Shown: positions 25,970 to 38,500 of the stretch, one piece after another
Position numbering within the stretch: position 1 is the stretch's first letter
Layout: the number at the start of each line of letters is the position of its first letter
Source: Chiloscyllium plagiosum
Taxonomy: Eukaryota
Assembly (NCBI RefSeq): GCF_004010195.1
Contig: NC_057755.1
Coordinates: 9,401,306 to 9,465,305, forward strand
Direction: 5' to 3'
Length of the DNA stretch: 64,000 nucleotides
Translations under genes and position numbers: made by a program
The notes under the pieces: generated by a model
What the model was told of the DNA's origin: nothing
The model's database searches: none
Seen by the model: the letters and a program-made list of their open reading frames with translations, nothing else

Positions 25970-26868
25970 ATCCTTTCATATCTAATAACTTTAAAATGAC
26001 GTTCAGGATGATTTGAGAATATCCACCAGGTCTTCTCTGAATTTCATTTGTGTCCCTGCACAACTGAACGACTTTAAACAGGATCTCAAGTGCATGCCTC
26101 CAACTTCGGCTGCAATATTTGGTGGATTTGAAAAGTCTCTTTGGTACTCATTGATGTTTGTGATTCTGGTCATTGCAGAGGTTATCACGTTTGTTTTTAC
26201 ATTAGAATGAAACTTCCCGATACACCAATGAGCAAAAACAATAGATTGCATTAGAATCTTTATCTCAGAATCATATGGATTTTCACCTGCATCACTCTGG
26301 ATTGCTCTGCGTGCTTTCCCGTTCACGAGTATATGTTTGTTTGTCAATGCGTTAAAGAAGGCAATTAGTATAAAAGGAAGACAAACAAAACGGTTCTCTT
26401 AAACCGACGTACACTATTTCTGCATTTGAGAAGAACAATGCCACACTTAGTTGGAATTTCGGTTTCATCTTGTTCATACATTTTCAATTTCATATATAAT
26501 TACAATGCGGGTATGCTTAATGAGCATGAAGTTACAACTCACGATTATAACTGTGCGTGCAACTCATATTGTACAAAACATTGCCTTAAACGTTGGACAG
26601 CAGATGATGACACAATGTTCAAAAAAGAACGTGACTGTGAAACAGACCAATAAATTGAGCAGAAGATAAACCAAATTGCAATTAAACATATGAATATGCG
26701 TATGAGACAGGAAAGATAATGAAACGTGATGCATAAAAATGCTGTTAGCTATCATGTTATTGATTAGAATCAGTAGGTCTGCTGTTGCCATGGCAACTAC
26801 ATAGATAGAGGTGCACTTCAGCAGGTCACAGTTTGTCTGCACAAAAATGACAATTGTCATCATGTTCA
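25970..26868 (-). pseudogene. GPR139-like GPCR pseudogene B, exon 2
   Basis: ORFs 26564-26896 (VNMMTIV...AMATADLL...) and 26003-26347 (...KFREDL); premature stop and frameshifts; DRF changed to EHC; acceptor mutated to CCG. Confidence 0.88.
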
Positions 26869-28919
26869 CGGAAAGCAAGACACATGGGAGGAACATTGAC
26901 TCAGCATTTGTTTTATTTGAATAAGAATACAGAAATGATACTTCAATTGTAAAGCATGCGGTTCCACAAGCGTAAAAACCAAAATGTGTAATTGCCTGAC
27001 TGCCTGTGATGGCTCAGTAATTAGTAACGGAAATGTCGTCCAAATATCAGACACGTTGATGAGCTTAGTTTGATGTTGGGAACATGAAAGTGTCAGTGTA
27101 AATGATAAGTTTAAAGAGGATTACATCAGGAAAGAAGATCTTAAAGTACATTAAGTCTTCACCAGTCATAAACCATTACACAAATATTATAATCCCACTT
27201 TCGAGCACTTGTACTGAAAACCTTGCATTCATTGGCGTTGCAAAAGTGCATCTAACGTTCTTTTTTCAATGTTATGACGGGTTTGGCATCTGACACTTAT
27301 GCAAGCATGGAATTCCAGATTTCATCAATCTCTGGATGAAAATGATGTGCATCTCATTTCCCCATTGCCTTCTGCACTGAAATTACACCTTGATCCCGTG
27401 GATATTAATACTTCTCCTAACGGGGAAAAAAAAAGATCTTTTGTTCGACCTGCCTATGCCTGTCTTCATTTTATACGTTTCCTACTTGTTCCCTCCCAAT
27501 CTCCTCTGGGTCTATGCTAACGATTCAAGTCTAATAAATCTCTCTTTATGAGCGACACTCTCGAGCCCAGGCAACCTTCTGGTCAATCTGCTCCAGACCT
27601 TTTCCAGTACAACGGCATTCCCCTTCTAATGTGAATTCTAGAACTACACCCCCTTCACAATTTCCGAAGTTAGTTTGTCCATTTCATTCATTGTTTTATT
27701 TTAGTAACGTGAAAATTCTACCAAAAAAGTGTGCTTGTACTGGACTGATGATCTCTGTTTGCTATGTTGAATGACCATTTCATTAATAAAGGAGACAGAT
27801 AGAGTCACGAATTTAGATTAGAATTCATTATTCTGGATTCCCGATTTAGATGACAGAAAGAAGTATTTTTCATAAATCACCAAGGAGATGGACAATCTTA
27901 AAAGTCTGTGCTGTAGTTCTTTTCGAATATTTCGTTCTTCACAACGTTACAAAGCTGTGTTGGTCACGTTTGTGTTCAGAGAACAAGAAAACTAAGGCAG
28001 GAGACGTGAAAAAAAATAGTCACCATATAAATTTGAAGTAAATGGCATCATTATTTAAGTGGCTAAAAGACTTAGGAGACATAACGTCAATGTGTTGAGA
28101 CTGTTAGACCATGGACAAAAGTCCCATTATCAGCTCAGGTTCACATTCAGGAAACTGTGTCAAATTAGGTACTGTTCATATCCTTGTGGTGGATTAACCC
28201 AAACTTTGACTCTAATCCCAAACCAGTCTTATTTTAAGGCATAAAAATGAAAGTCTGTTAAATTAATTTAAAGAGACGTTTCTTGAGTAAGAGATCTAAA
28301 TAGTCCGTAGTTAACATTTATAAAATGTGGGAGAAAGAGTTTATTATTCAGGACCTTCAAAATGCTCCTCTATTCATTATGATCATTACCGCTGTCATCT
28401 TTGCCTCAAACCCAACTTCCAGCATAACTCTCCGTAAAATGTTGTCCCATTACTGATACGAAATTGTCCATTTCCAGGTTACGTTTATTCAATTTGGTCC
28501 CGATTTCCACCACTCTCTGGGGGCAAAGAATTTCAAATATTCACAAGCCTTTGAGATAATTAATTTATTCAACTCTGTTTTATATCTGCTGAACCTTATT
28601 CTAAAACGATGACGACTCGAACCAGATTAGCCCATATGAGGAAACATCGTCTCCATAACTACAGCCAATCCTCTTCAGTTTTTTCCATAACTCAGAAAAA
28701 CTGGAACTTTGTCAAAATTATTATTTCAGTGGGACAGGTACATTTTGGATAGACGTTTGACGACTGTATAGTTGGAACATGTGCCAATCCATCGCTGAAA
28801 TCTGTGTAATATTACAGCTTTCCCAGAATACTTTTGGCACCCCGAGGAAATTGAGGCAAATTGACAATAAAAATCTTTAACAGAGCTCACCAGGGAAACC
28901 AGTTATTGGAAGACTTGGA

Positions 28920-31420
28920 CTTGGTTATGGAGAGAGATAGGTGCGTGCAAAAGGGTAGGTTTTACAATTGGGGGAAGGGTAATTACGATGCTGTAAGACA
29001 GGATCTGAGGAGCATAAGTTGGGAGCATAGGCTGTCAGGGAAGGATGTCGTGGAAATGTGGAACTTTTTCAACGCACAGATACGACGTTGATATGTATGT
29101 ACCTGTCAGGCAGGAAAGAAATGGTCGTGTGAGGGAACCTTGGTTGACGAGGGAGGTTGAATGTCTTGTAAAGAGGAAGAAGGAGGCTTACATAAGGTTG
29201 AGGAAACAGGGTTCAGACAGAGCAGTGGAGGGATACAGGATAGCCAGAAGGGACCTTAAGAAAGGGATTAGGAGAGCTAAGAGAGGGCATGAAATATCTT
29301 TGGCCGATAGGATCAAGGATAACCCGAAGGCATTTTATGCGTATGTGAGAAACATGAGAATGATGAGAACGAGGGTAGGTCCGAACAAGGACAGTAGTGG
29401 AAAACTGTGTATTGAGTCGGAAGAGATAGGAGAGGTCTACTCCATTCCCTAACTGCTGACACCATCTCGCTCTCCTTGGAATCTTTGAGATTAACTTGGA
29501 GAGTTTGCAAATTTAGAGTGTGTTTGCCCTGTGATTACAGAGGAAAAGGCTAAGATTGAATATGGGAACAATAAACTACATCATGAGTGATTTAAAAAAT
29601 CACATGTTGATGAGCAGACTCTGGAGAGAGATGCAACAATTTAGATCTTACCCTAACTCTATGCAGCTGAGAGAATGTAAATAACCTGTTATCTTAAATG
29701 GGTTTGGATCCCAAAAAACTCTTCTTTTATAACAGTGGATGTAAAGTCTATACAGTTGAGCAATATTAGTTTAAGAGATCATTTTATGACTGTGGAGTAA
29801 AGATCACAAAAAGAGATGCAAGAGTGCTGAGTCTAAGTCTATATACTATATAGCACATAAATACATTCTTCCCATTCAAAGACCTTAAACTCCAGCAGCC
29901 TCACTTTAATAAGATAATTGACCCAATCTCATCTAAGATTCCCACCACGACAATTGAGAGATTGAGTTTCCAATTCCTATTTGTACTATGGCTCAATAGG
30001 AATGGATTCCAACAATCTATGAATTTCCATGGATTGACAGAAAATCATTTTATTCAACCCTTTCCACTCCTTCTTACTTACCTTTGATCACAAATAGCTC
30101 AATCTGTTTCAGGATCTTCTTAATGGGCTCTGTTTGAGTCCAGGTAAACAATCCACCAAGTTCAAAGCTAGGATTTCTGATTAACAGATTGAGGGTACCG
30201 TAGTGCTCATGCATTCTCTGAGAAATGTCTGGTGTATCACTGTAATCTTCATTCCATTTTACAGCCCACTGCAGTGGATGTAGTGTACATGGATTTTAGT
30301 AAGGCATTTGATAAGGTTCTCCATGGTAGGCTTATGCGGAGGTCAGGAGGCATGGGATAGAGGGAGATTTGGCCAATTGGATAGAAAACTGGCTAACTGG
30401 TCGAAGTCGGAGAGTGGTGGTAGATGGTAAATATTCAGCCTGGAGCCCAGTTACAAGTGGAGTTCCGCAGGGATCAGTTCTGGGTCCTCTGCTGTTTGTA
30501 ATTTTTATTAATGACTTAGATGAGGGAGTCGAAGGGTGGGTCAGTAAATTTGCAGATGATACGAAGATAGGTGGAGTTGTGGACAGTGAGGAGGGCTGTT
30601 TTCGGCTGCAGAGGGACTTAGATATGATGCAGAGCTGGGCTGAGGAGTGGCAGATGGAGTTCAACCCTGCCAAGTGTGAGGTTGTCCATTTTGGAAAGAC
30701 AAATAAGAATGCGGAATACAGGGTTAATGGTAGGGTTCTTAGTAAGGTGGAAGAACAGAGGGATCTTGGGGTCTATGTTCATAGATGTTTGAAAGTTGCC
30801 ATTCAGGTGGATAGAGCTTGTATGAAGGCCTATGGTGTATTAGCGTTCATTAGCAGAGGGATTGAATTCAAGAGTCGTGAAGTGATGATGCAATTTACAG
30901 GACTTTGGTTAGGCCACATTTGGAGTACTGTGTGCAGTTCTGGTCGCCTCACTTTAGGAAAGATGTGGAAGCTTTGGAGAGGGTGCAGAGGAGATTTACC
31001 AGGATGTTGCCTGGAATGGAGAGGAAGTCGTACGAGGATCGGTTGAGAGTTCTCGGCCTTTTCTCGTTGGAACGGTGAAGGATGAGGGGTGACTTGATCG
31101 AGGTTTATAAGATGATCAGAGGAATAGATAGAGTAGACAGTCAGAAACTTTTCCCCCGTGTACAACAGAGTGTTACAAGGGGACATACATTTAAGGTGAA
31201 GGGTGGAAGGTATAGGAGAGATGTCAGGGGTGGGTTCTTTACCCACAAAGTGGTGGGGGCATGGAATGCGCTGCCTGTGGGAGTGGTCGAGTTAGAATCA
31301 TTGGTGACCTTTAAGCGGCAATTGGATAGGTACATGGATGGGTGCTTAAGCTAGGGCAAATGTTCGGCACAACATCGTGGGCCGAAGGGCCTGTTCTGTG
31401 CTGTATTGTTCTATGTTCTA
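28920..31420 (+). mobile_element. Young 5'-truncated CR1 LINE with foreign internal segment (29439-30270)
   Basis: ORF 30369-31046 RT (GVPQGSVLGPLLF, KFADD); ORF 29045-29452 (EPWLT, NPKAFY); tail tgttctatgttcta. Confidence 0.92.
30082..30271 (-). other. Captured exon fragment encoding Ig-like domain C-terminal half
   Basis: Stop-free QWAVKWNEDYSDTPDISQRMHEHYGTLNLLIRNPSFELGGLFTWTQTEPIKKILKQIELFVIK followed by phase-1 donor G|GTAAGT. Confidence 0.5.
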
Positions 31421-31499
31421 ACATATCTCCTCTACCAGTAGAATGATTATCTGTTTCACCTTTCTGAGAAAAGGCAAGCTCTACTTCACGGATATGGGT

Positions 31500-31980
31500 T
31501 ATCCTGGTCTTTGGAAACGCCCAGACGTTTTATTTTTCCACCAAATCTACCATCATGTTGCTGAAAACTTCATCTCCCTTCCCAATCCAACAAGGAAATG
31601 CAGGTCCTGGGCACCCTCCACTGCCAAAACATTTTCCCTCGATGCCTGGAGGAAGAACGCTTGATATTCTGCTTTGGAGCTCTGCAACCACAAGTGTTAG
31701 TTGTGGGTTTCAACAGTTTCTTCATCACCTCCCCTCCCATTATTCCAGTCCTAAGCCTTCAATTTGGCCACGCCCTCCTGACCTGTCCCCTCTGATCTCT
31801 CACCTTCTCCTTTACCTTAATTCCCCTTTCGCCCCCGCCCACAAACTGTATTTCTGGTGAAGGGATTGTGTAAAAAACGTCGATTTCCATTCTTCTCGGA
31901 TGCTTCCTGATCTGTTGTGCTTTCCCAGCAACACACTCTCGTCTCTGATCTCCAGCATCTGCAGTCTTCACTTTCTCCAT
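31500..31980 (+). mobile_element. Penelope-like 3' end fragment
   Basis: CLEEERLIFCFGALQP motif; terminal ...ccagcatctgcagtcttcactttctc. Confidence 0.7.
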
Positions 31981-33928
31981 ATGTAATCATGTGTCAGCTG
32001 TTAGACTCCTTGAGCCCTCAGCTCCTGCACCATTGCTTGTATAACTCTTCTCATATACGCTTTGCCAACAACAGAGGAACGTAAGAAGAAGAGTATTCAT
32101 TTCAGACCCACGAGCCTGTTCCATCTTTTTTCGATATCAGGACAGATCTGTGGACTCACTCCATACTTCCACTTTTGGCCCATTTCGCTTCCTATCTTTT
32201 CTTCACAATCAATATTGAACCCAAAATGAAAAAAAAAAAAAATTTGAAACAACATCCACTTTAATTTGTGTACAGAATGGTTTCCAGACAGCTCTCCTGA
32301 ATCCTGTGGCACTAATCCTCAGACTCGGCCCCTCGTTCCCGAAGCTGTGATCAGTGGAAACACGGTTTCTTTTTTCAATACTATCTTCATATATTGGTGT
32401 CTTCACGATTTCAATCAGATCACCTCTGAACTTTCTAATGCACTGAGGTAATCGTCTTAATTTGTTAACCTCTTGTTATATACCCCGGAATTCAGTAACC
32501 ATTCTTGCACACCTATATTGTTCTCACACCAAGGTGAAGACAGCCGTGTTAAGGTAGGGTCTCTACATGTGGTCTGCACTTCACGTGCCGTATAACCAAG
32601 ATTTTTCATTTCTGTAAGATGAGTCCAGACTCCTTAAACCCCAGCTGTCTCGCTATGAAGGGCAGAATTTCATGAGTCAGATTCTTTTCTGCGCCTGTTC
32701 GTCCCTTTTTAAAACTTTATGCACCTGAACTCCAACTCTCGTAATTTTGTGTCAAATAATGGAAAAAAAATCAGTGAAGTTTATTTTTGAAGTTTTTCAG
32801 TTTGATAATTGTACACTTGACAGGACAAGAGGAAAGACCGGAAGAAGCGTCATTTTGACGTTCATGGAGGAAGAAAGAGGCGTTTGGTGATGCAAGAAAT
32901 CCAACTGAATGGACTGTTGTACTGATTTTTTTTCATGCTAAAGTGCTGTATATGTATTGTCGTGTACTAATAACATGAGGCTTTTTTTGTTAAAATCATA
33001 AATATCTATACATGTTGATGGTTTATCTTTTGAAGCGGGAAGGTGTGATGATACTGTGACTTTCAAAGAAAAACTTTTTCTTTTACATGAAGCAAGTCTC
33101 AGACAGAGGTGCGAGGATCTTTCCAATACCAGTAAAATAACTTGTTTTGCGAGAGCTTGTTTTATTTCAGTTGGAACAAGAGAAGCAGCGTGAATAGCTG
33201 GGATCAAGCTCCCACAGAAACAGGATTAATAAGTTTGCCTTCCTGCTGTTTTGGGGACCCTGAAGCTGGATGTGGAAGCTACTACTCTTCTGATATTTGC
33301 AGCTAAAATCTGGGGTTCTCACCCTTCTACTAGAATTCTGTGCAAGACAAGTTTTTTTTAAAATAAATTTGCCTTTGCCACATATGTGTTAATGCATGTT
33401 TTGGTATTGGAATAAATACTTAATCGTAATTATTTAATTATGTATATATTTTCTTATATATATTCTATGCACACACATGCATACAGATATTATATTTTTG
33501 ACTAAATATTCCAATAGAATTAGAGTTATGACAACTTTATTCGATTTTGTTCATTTTGTCTGCATTTCAACTGTAGTGTAAAAAGAAAGCATATGTTTCC
33601 CTAAAGCCAGCAGTTTTTGCAGTCAAATTACGTTTGAAAACAGCACAATTGCGTTTAATGCAAAAAAAAACTTCGGGATTGCATTATTGTCTGAATATAT
33701 GTTGAGCATTTATGGTTCTGTTCATAATAGACGGAACATTTTTGTATGAAAAGAAATATCATAAACTGCTAGCAATGGACAGACCAATGTGGAAATGTAA
33801 TTACATTCGTGGTCAAGACAATAAAGAGTGATGAACAGTGTTGTTTTTCCCCCCTCTGTGATATACATTTATAGGCAGGCATACTAAGAATATGTCGGAT
33901 TCATTGAAAGCATGAGAGAACTTGAATT

Positions 33929-35360
33929 TTATTCTGCCAACACATATTCTCTTTCACCTTTCTTTTGGGCATTTAACAACTTTACAACGCCAACACAGGT
34001 TAATCTGAAAAGTTCCATCAGCTCTTCTCTGAATTTCTTCTTGGTCACTTTGTAAATGCACGTGTTTGAATAGGAGCTCAAAAAACTCAGCACAGCTCCA
34101 GCTTCATCTGTGATAGAGGATGGATTTCCAAAGTCTCCTCGGTAATTTAGGTTTATGATTCTGGTCATCAGAAAGGTTGTCTCAGTTGTCAACCGAAACA
34201 GAACGAAAGTTCCTGAAAAAGCAAAGAACAAAGCAATTGTTTTCGTTCTGGCTATTGAGGGAGTTCAGCGTACGTTCACGAGGTCATTTCCTGGAATGGT
34301 GGGACTACCTTACGCTGAAAGACTGGAGCGACTGGGCTTGTATACCCTTGAGTTTAGAAGACTGAGAGGGCATCTGATTGAGACATATAAGATTATTAAA
34401 GGATTGGACACTCTGGAGGCAGGAAACATGTTTCCGCTAATGGATGAGTGCCAGAGGACACAGCTTAAAAATACGGGGTAGACCATTTAGGACAGAGATG
34501 AGGAGATCCTTCTTCACCCAGAGAGTGGTAGCTGTGTGGAATTCTCTGCCCCAGAGGGAGTGGAGGCCCAGTCTCTGGATTCATTTAAGAAAGAGTTGGA
34601 TAGAGCTCTCAAGGATTGTGGAATCAAGGGTTTTGGAGATAAGGCAGGAACAGGATACTGATTAAGGATGATCAGCCGTGATCATATTGAATGGTGGTGC
34701 AGGCTCTAAGGGCAGAATGGTCTACTCCTGCACCTATTGTCTATTGTCTATTGTTCGATTCTTCACCTTGGGATCACAGTTATCGTCAATTCTGTGACTG
34801 CAATGACCTCTCGTGGTTTTACCTTTTATTTATATATATATATATATGAATTTCAATGCATTAAATAAGGCAATTAAAATGAAAGGAATCCAAACTAAAC
34901 AGATGCTGTAAAACCACATGTACAATATTCCTGCAAAGGAAACGAATTTCACATTTTCCTGACAGTTCCATTTCACCTTGTTAATCATGTGTTCATGCTT
35001 GTACGGAATGATAATGGAAATATCGTTAACAAGCGTGAAGGTGTAGCTCGTACCTGTAACCATGCCTGCAATTCGCACCATACAATAACTTGTCTTACAC
35101 TTTGGACAGCAGATGAAACCAACCAAAAGTGAACCAGCCTGAAAAATTGAGCACAAGACAAGCCATGTCGAAATTAAACTTAGAAATGTATGTATGAGAC
35201 AGAAAAGTCAACTGAATGTGATACATGAGCATGCTATAAACTATTACATGAATAATTATGACCAGCAGGTCTGCTGCTGCCACAACAAGCATATAAGTAG
35301 AGATGCAGTTCGAGAGTCCACAGTTTCCAAACAAAAGATTCTCAATCGTTGTCATGTTCA
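33929..35360 (-). pseudogene. GPR139-like GPCR pseudogene C, exon 2, interrupted by CR1 and (TA)n
   Basis: ORFs 35095-35448, 34830-35156 and 33929-34231 align to copy E; acceptor mutated to CAA; frameshift near DRF; TA run at ~34829-34846. Confidence 0.9.
34246..34753 (+). mobile_element. CR1 3' fragment inside pseudogene C (ICL3/TM6 boundary)
   Basis: AIEGVQRTFTR...RLRGHLIETYKII, FFTQRVV; tail (ctattgt)n. Confidence 0.88.
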
Positions 35361-35571
35361 TTGTAAACAAGACACAGGTGAGGAATATTGACTCAATGTT
35401 TCTCTCTCTCGAATAACAACACCGAAATGAAATTTCAATTGGATACAAGGGTGTTTGCCAGGTGCCTCATTACAGTGATCAACAGGCCCTTCGGCATTCG
35501 ATGTTGTGCAAACCTGTGGAAACAATCTGAAATCCAGCTATCCACCACTATTCCATTTTCTTTCTTATAGG

Positions 35572-38500
35572 GTCATAGAGATGTACAGCATGGAAACAGA
35601 CACTTCGGTTCAACCAGTCCATGCCAATCAGATATCCCATCTCAATCTAGTCCCACCTGCCAGCACCGGGCCCTTATCCCTCCAAACACTTCCTATTCAT
35701 ATACCCATCAAAATGCCTCTTAAATGTTGCAATTGTACAAGCCTCTATCACTTCCGCAGGTAGCTCATTCCATACACGTACCACCCTCTATGTGAAAAAG
35801 TTGCGCCATGTGTCTCTTTTATATCTTTCCCCTCTCACTCTAAACCTGTGTCCTGTAGTTCTGGACGCCCTGACTCCAGGGAAAATACTTTGCCTATTTA
35901 CCCTATCGACGCCACTCATAATTTTGTAAACCTCTATAATGTCAGCCTCTGACGCTCCAGGGAACACAGCCCCAGCCTGTTCAGCCTCTCCCGCTAGCTC
36001 AAAACCTGCACCCTGGCAACTCCCTTTGGTGGCTTAGTGCCTTACAGCGCCAAGGCCCCCGATTCAATTCCAGCCTTAGGTGAATGCCTCTGTTGAATTT
36101 GCACATTCGCCCCGTGTCTGTGTGGGTTTGCGTCGGTTTCCTCCCGCAGTCCAAAGATGATTAGGTGAATTGACCATGCTAAATTGCCCACATTTTTAGG
36201 TGAATTAGTCAGAGGAAAATGCGTCTGGATGGATTACTTTTCGGACGGTCGGTGTGGACTTGTTCGGCTGTAGGGCCTGTTCCCACACTGTGGAGAATTT
36301 ACTCTAAATGCTCTCTGAACCCTTTGAAGTTTCACAACGTCTTTCCGATAGGAAGGAGACCGGAATTGCACGCAATATTCCAATAATGGCCTAACCAATG
36401 TCCTGTAGAGCCGCAACATGACCTCTCAACACCTGTACTCAATACTTTGAGGAATAAAGGAAAGCATACCAAATGCCTTCTTCTCTATCCTATCTGCCTG
36501 CGATTCCACTTTCATGGAGCTACGAACCTACACTCCAAGGTCTCTCTGTTCAGCAACATTACCTTGGACCTTGCCATTAAATGTAAAAGTACTGCTCAGA
36601 GTTGCTTTCCCAAAATGCAGCACCTGGATTTATCCAAATTAAACTCCATCTGACACTTCTCAGCCCATTGGCCCATCTGGTCAAGATCCTATTGTAATCT
36701 GAGGTAACCCTCTTTGCTTTCCACTATATCTCTAATTTTGGTGTCAGCTGCAAACTTACTAACTATACCTCTTATGCTCGCATCCAAATCGTTTATGTAA
36801 ATGACAAAACGTAGAGGACCCAGCACTGATCCTTTTGGCACTCCACTGATCACAGGTCTTTAGTCTGAAAAACACCCCTCCACCACTACCCTGTCAGTTC
36901 TGTATCCAAATGGCTAGTTCTCTCTGTATTACGTGAGATCTAACCTTTCTAATCAGTTTCCCTTGGGGAACCTTGTCGAACGACTTACTGATGTACATAT
37001 AGATCACATCTATCGCTCTGCCCTCATCAAACCTCTTTGTTACTTCCTCAAAAGACTCAATCAAGTTTGTGAGACATGATTTCCCACGCACAAAGCCATG
37101 TTGACTATTCCTAATCAGCCCTTGTCTTTCCAAATACATATGCATCCTATCCCTCAGGATTCCCTCCAACAACTTGCCACCATCGAGGTCAGCCTCACTG
37201 GTCTATAGATCCCTTGTTTGTCCTTACCGCCCTTCTTAAACAGTGGCACCACGTTAGCCAACCTACAATTTTCCAGCACCTCACATGTGATTATCAATGA
37301 TACACATATCTCAGCAAGAGTTCCAGCAATCACTTCTCTTGCTTCCCACAGATTTCTAGGATACACCTGATCAGGTCCTGTGGATTTATCCACTTCTTCC
37401 CATTTCAAGACATCGAGCAATTCCTGCACTGTAATCTGGAAATTTTGCACGAGGTCACCATCTATTTCCCTACAGTCTATAGCTTCCATAACCTTTTCCA
37501 CAGTAAATACTGATGCAAAATACTCATTTAGTATCTCCCCCATTTTCTCTGGCTACACAGAAAGGCAGACTTGTGATCTTTGAGGGGCCCTATTCTCTCC
37601 CTCGTTACACTTTTTTCCCTAATGTATTTGTAAAAACGCTTTGGTTCTCCTTAATTGTAGTTGCCAAAGCTATCTCATGTCCCCTTATTGTTCTCCTGAT
37701 TTCCCTCTTATGTATAATCCTACTGCCTTTATACTCTTCTGAGGTTTTACTCGAACTGTCCTGTCTGTACCTTACATATACTTCCTTCTTTTTCTTAACT
37801 AAACCCTCCATTTCTTTAATCATCCAGCTTTCCTTATAACTATCAGCCTTTCCTTTCACCCTAACAAGAATATAATTTCTCTGGATTGTCGTTATCTCAT
37901 TTCTGAAGGCTTCCCATTTTCCAGCCGTGTCTTTAACTGTGAACATCTGCCCCAATCAGCTTTCGAAAGCTCTTGCCTAATACCGTAAAAATTGGCCTTT
38001 CTCCAATTTAGAACTTCAACTTTTAGATCTGATCTATCCTTTAAATCTCATTTTAAGTCGAATAAAATTGTGCTCCGCCTCCCCAAAGTACTCCCCCACT
38101 GACACCTCAGTCACCAGACCGCCTTATTTCCCAAGAATAGGTCAAGTTTTCCACCTTTTTTATTAGGTACATCCACATACTAAATCAGAAAATTGTCTTG
38201 TACACACTTAACAAATTCTCTTTCATCGAAACCCTTAACACTATAGCCGTCCCAGTCCATGTTTGGAAAGTGAATTTCTGCTACCATAACCACGCTATTA
38301 TTCTTACAGATAGCTGAGATCTCCTTACAAGTTTGTTTCTCAATTTCCCTCTGCCTATTAAGGGGTCTATAATGCAATCCCAATAAGGCGATCATCCCTT
38401 TCTTATATCTCAGTTTCACCAAAATAACTTCCCTGGATGTATTTCTGGGAATATCCTCCCTCAGCACAGCTGTAATGGTATCCCTTATCAAAAATGCAAC

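Larger units (their letters stand above)
28891..31459 (-). pseudogene. Pseudogene B exon 1, split into 31419-31459 and 28891-28919 by a CR1 insertion
   Basis: Pieces sum to 70 nt and read VKQIIILLVEEICYPSLPITGFP; donor G|GTGAG; ATG mutated to GTG. Confidence 0.85.

Noticed and set aside
29439-29528. Long second coding exon in the captured segment
   Set aside because: In the phase set by the upstream donor it stops after 12 codons; the longer ORF 29313-29510 is in another frame and runs into CR1.
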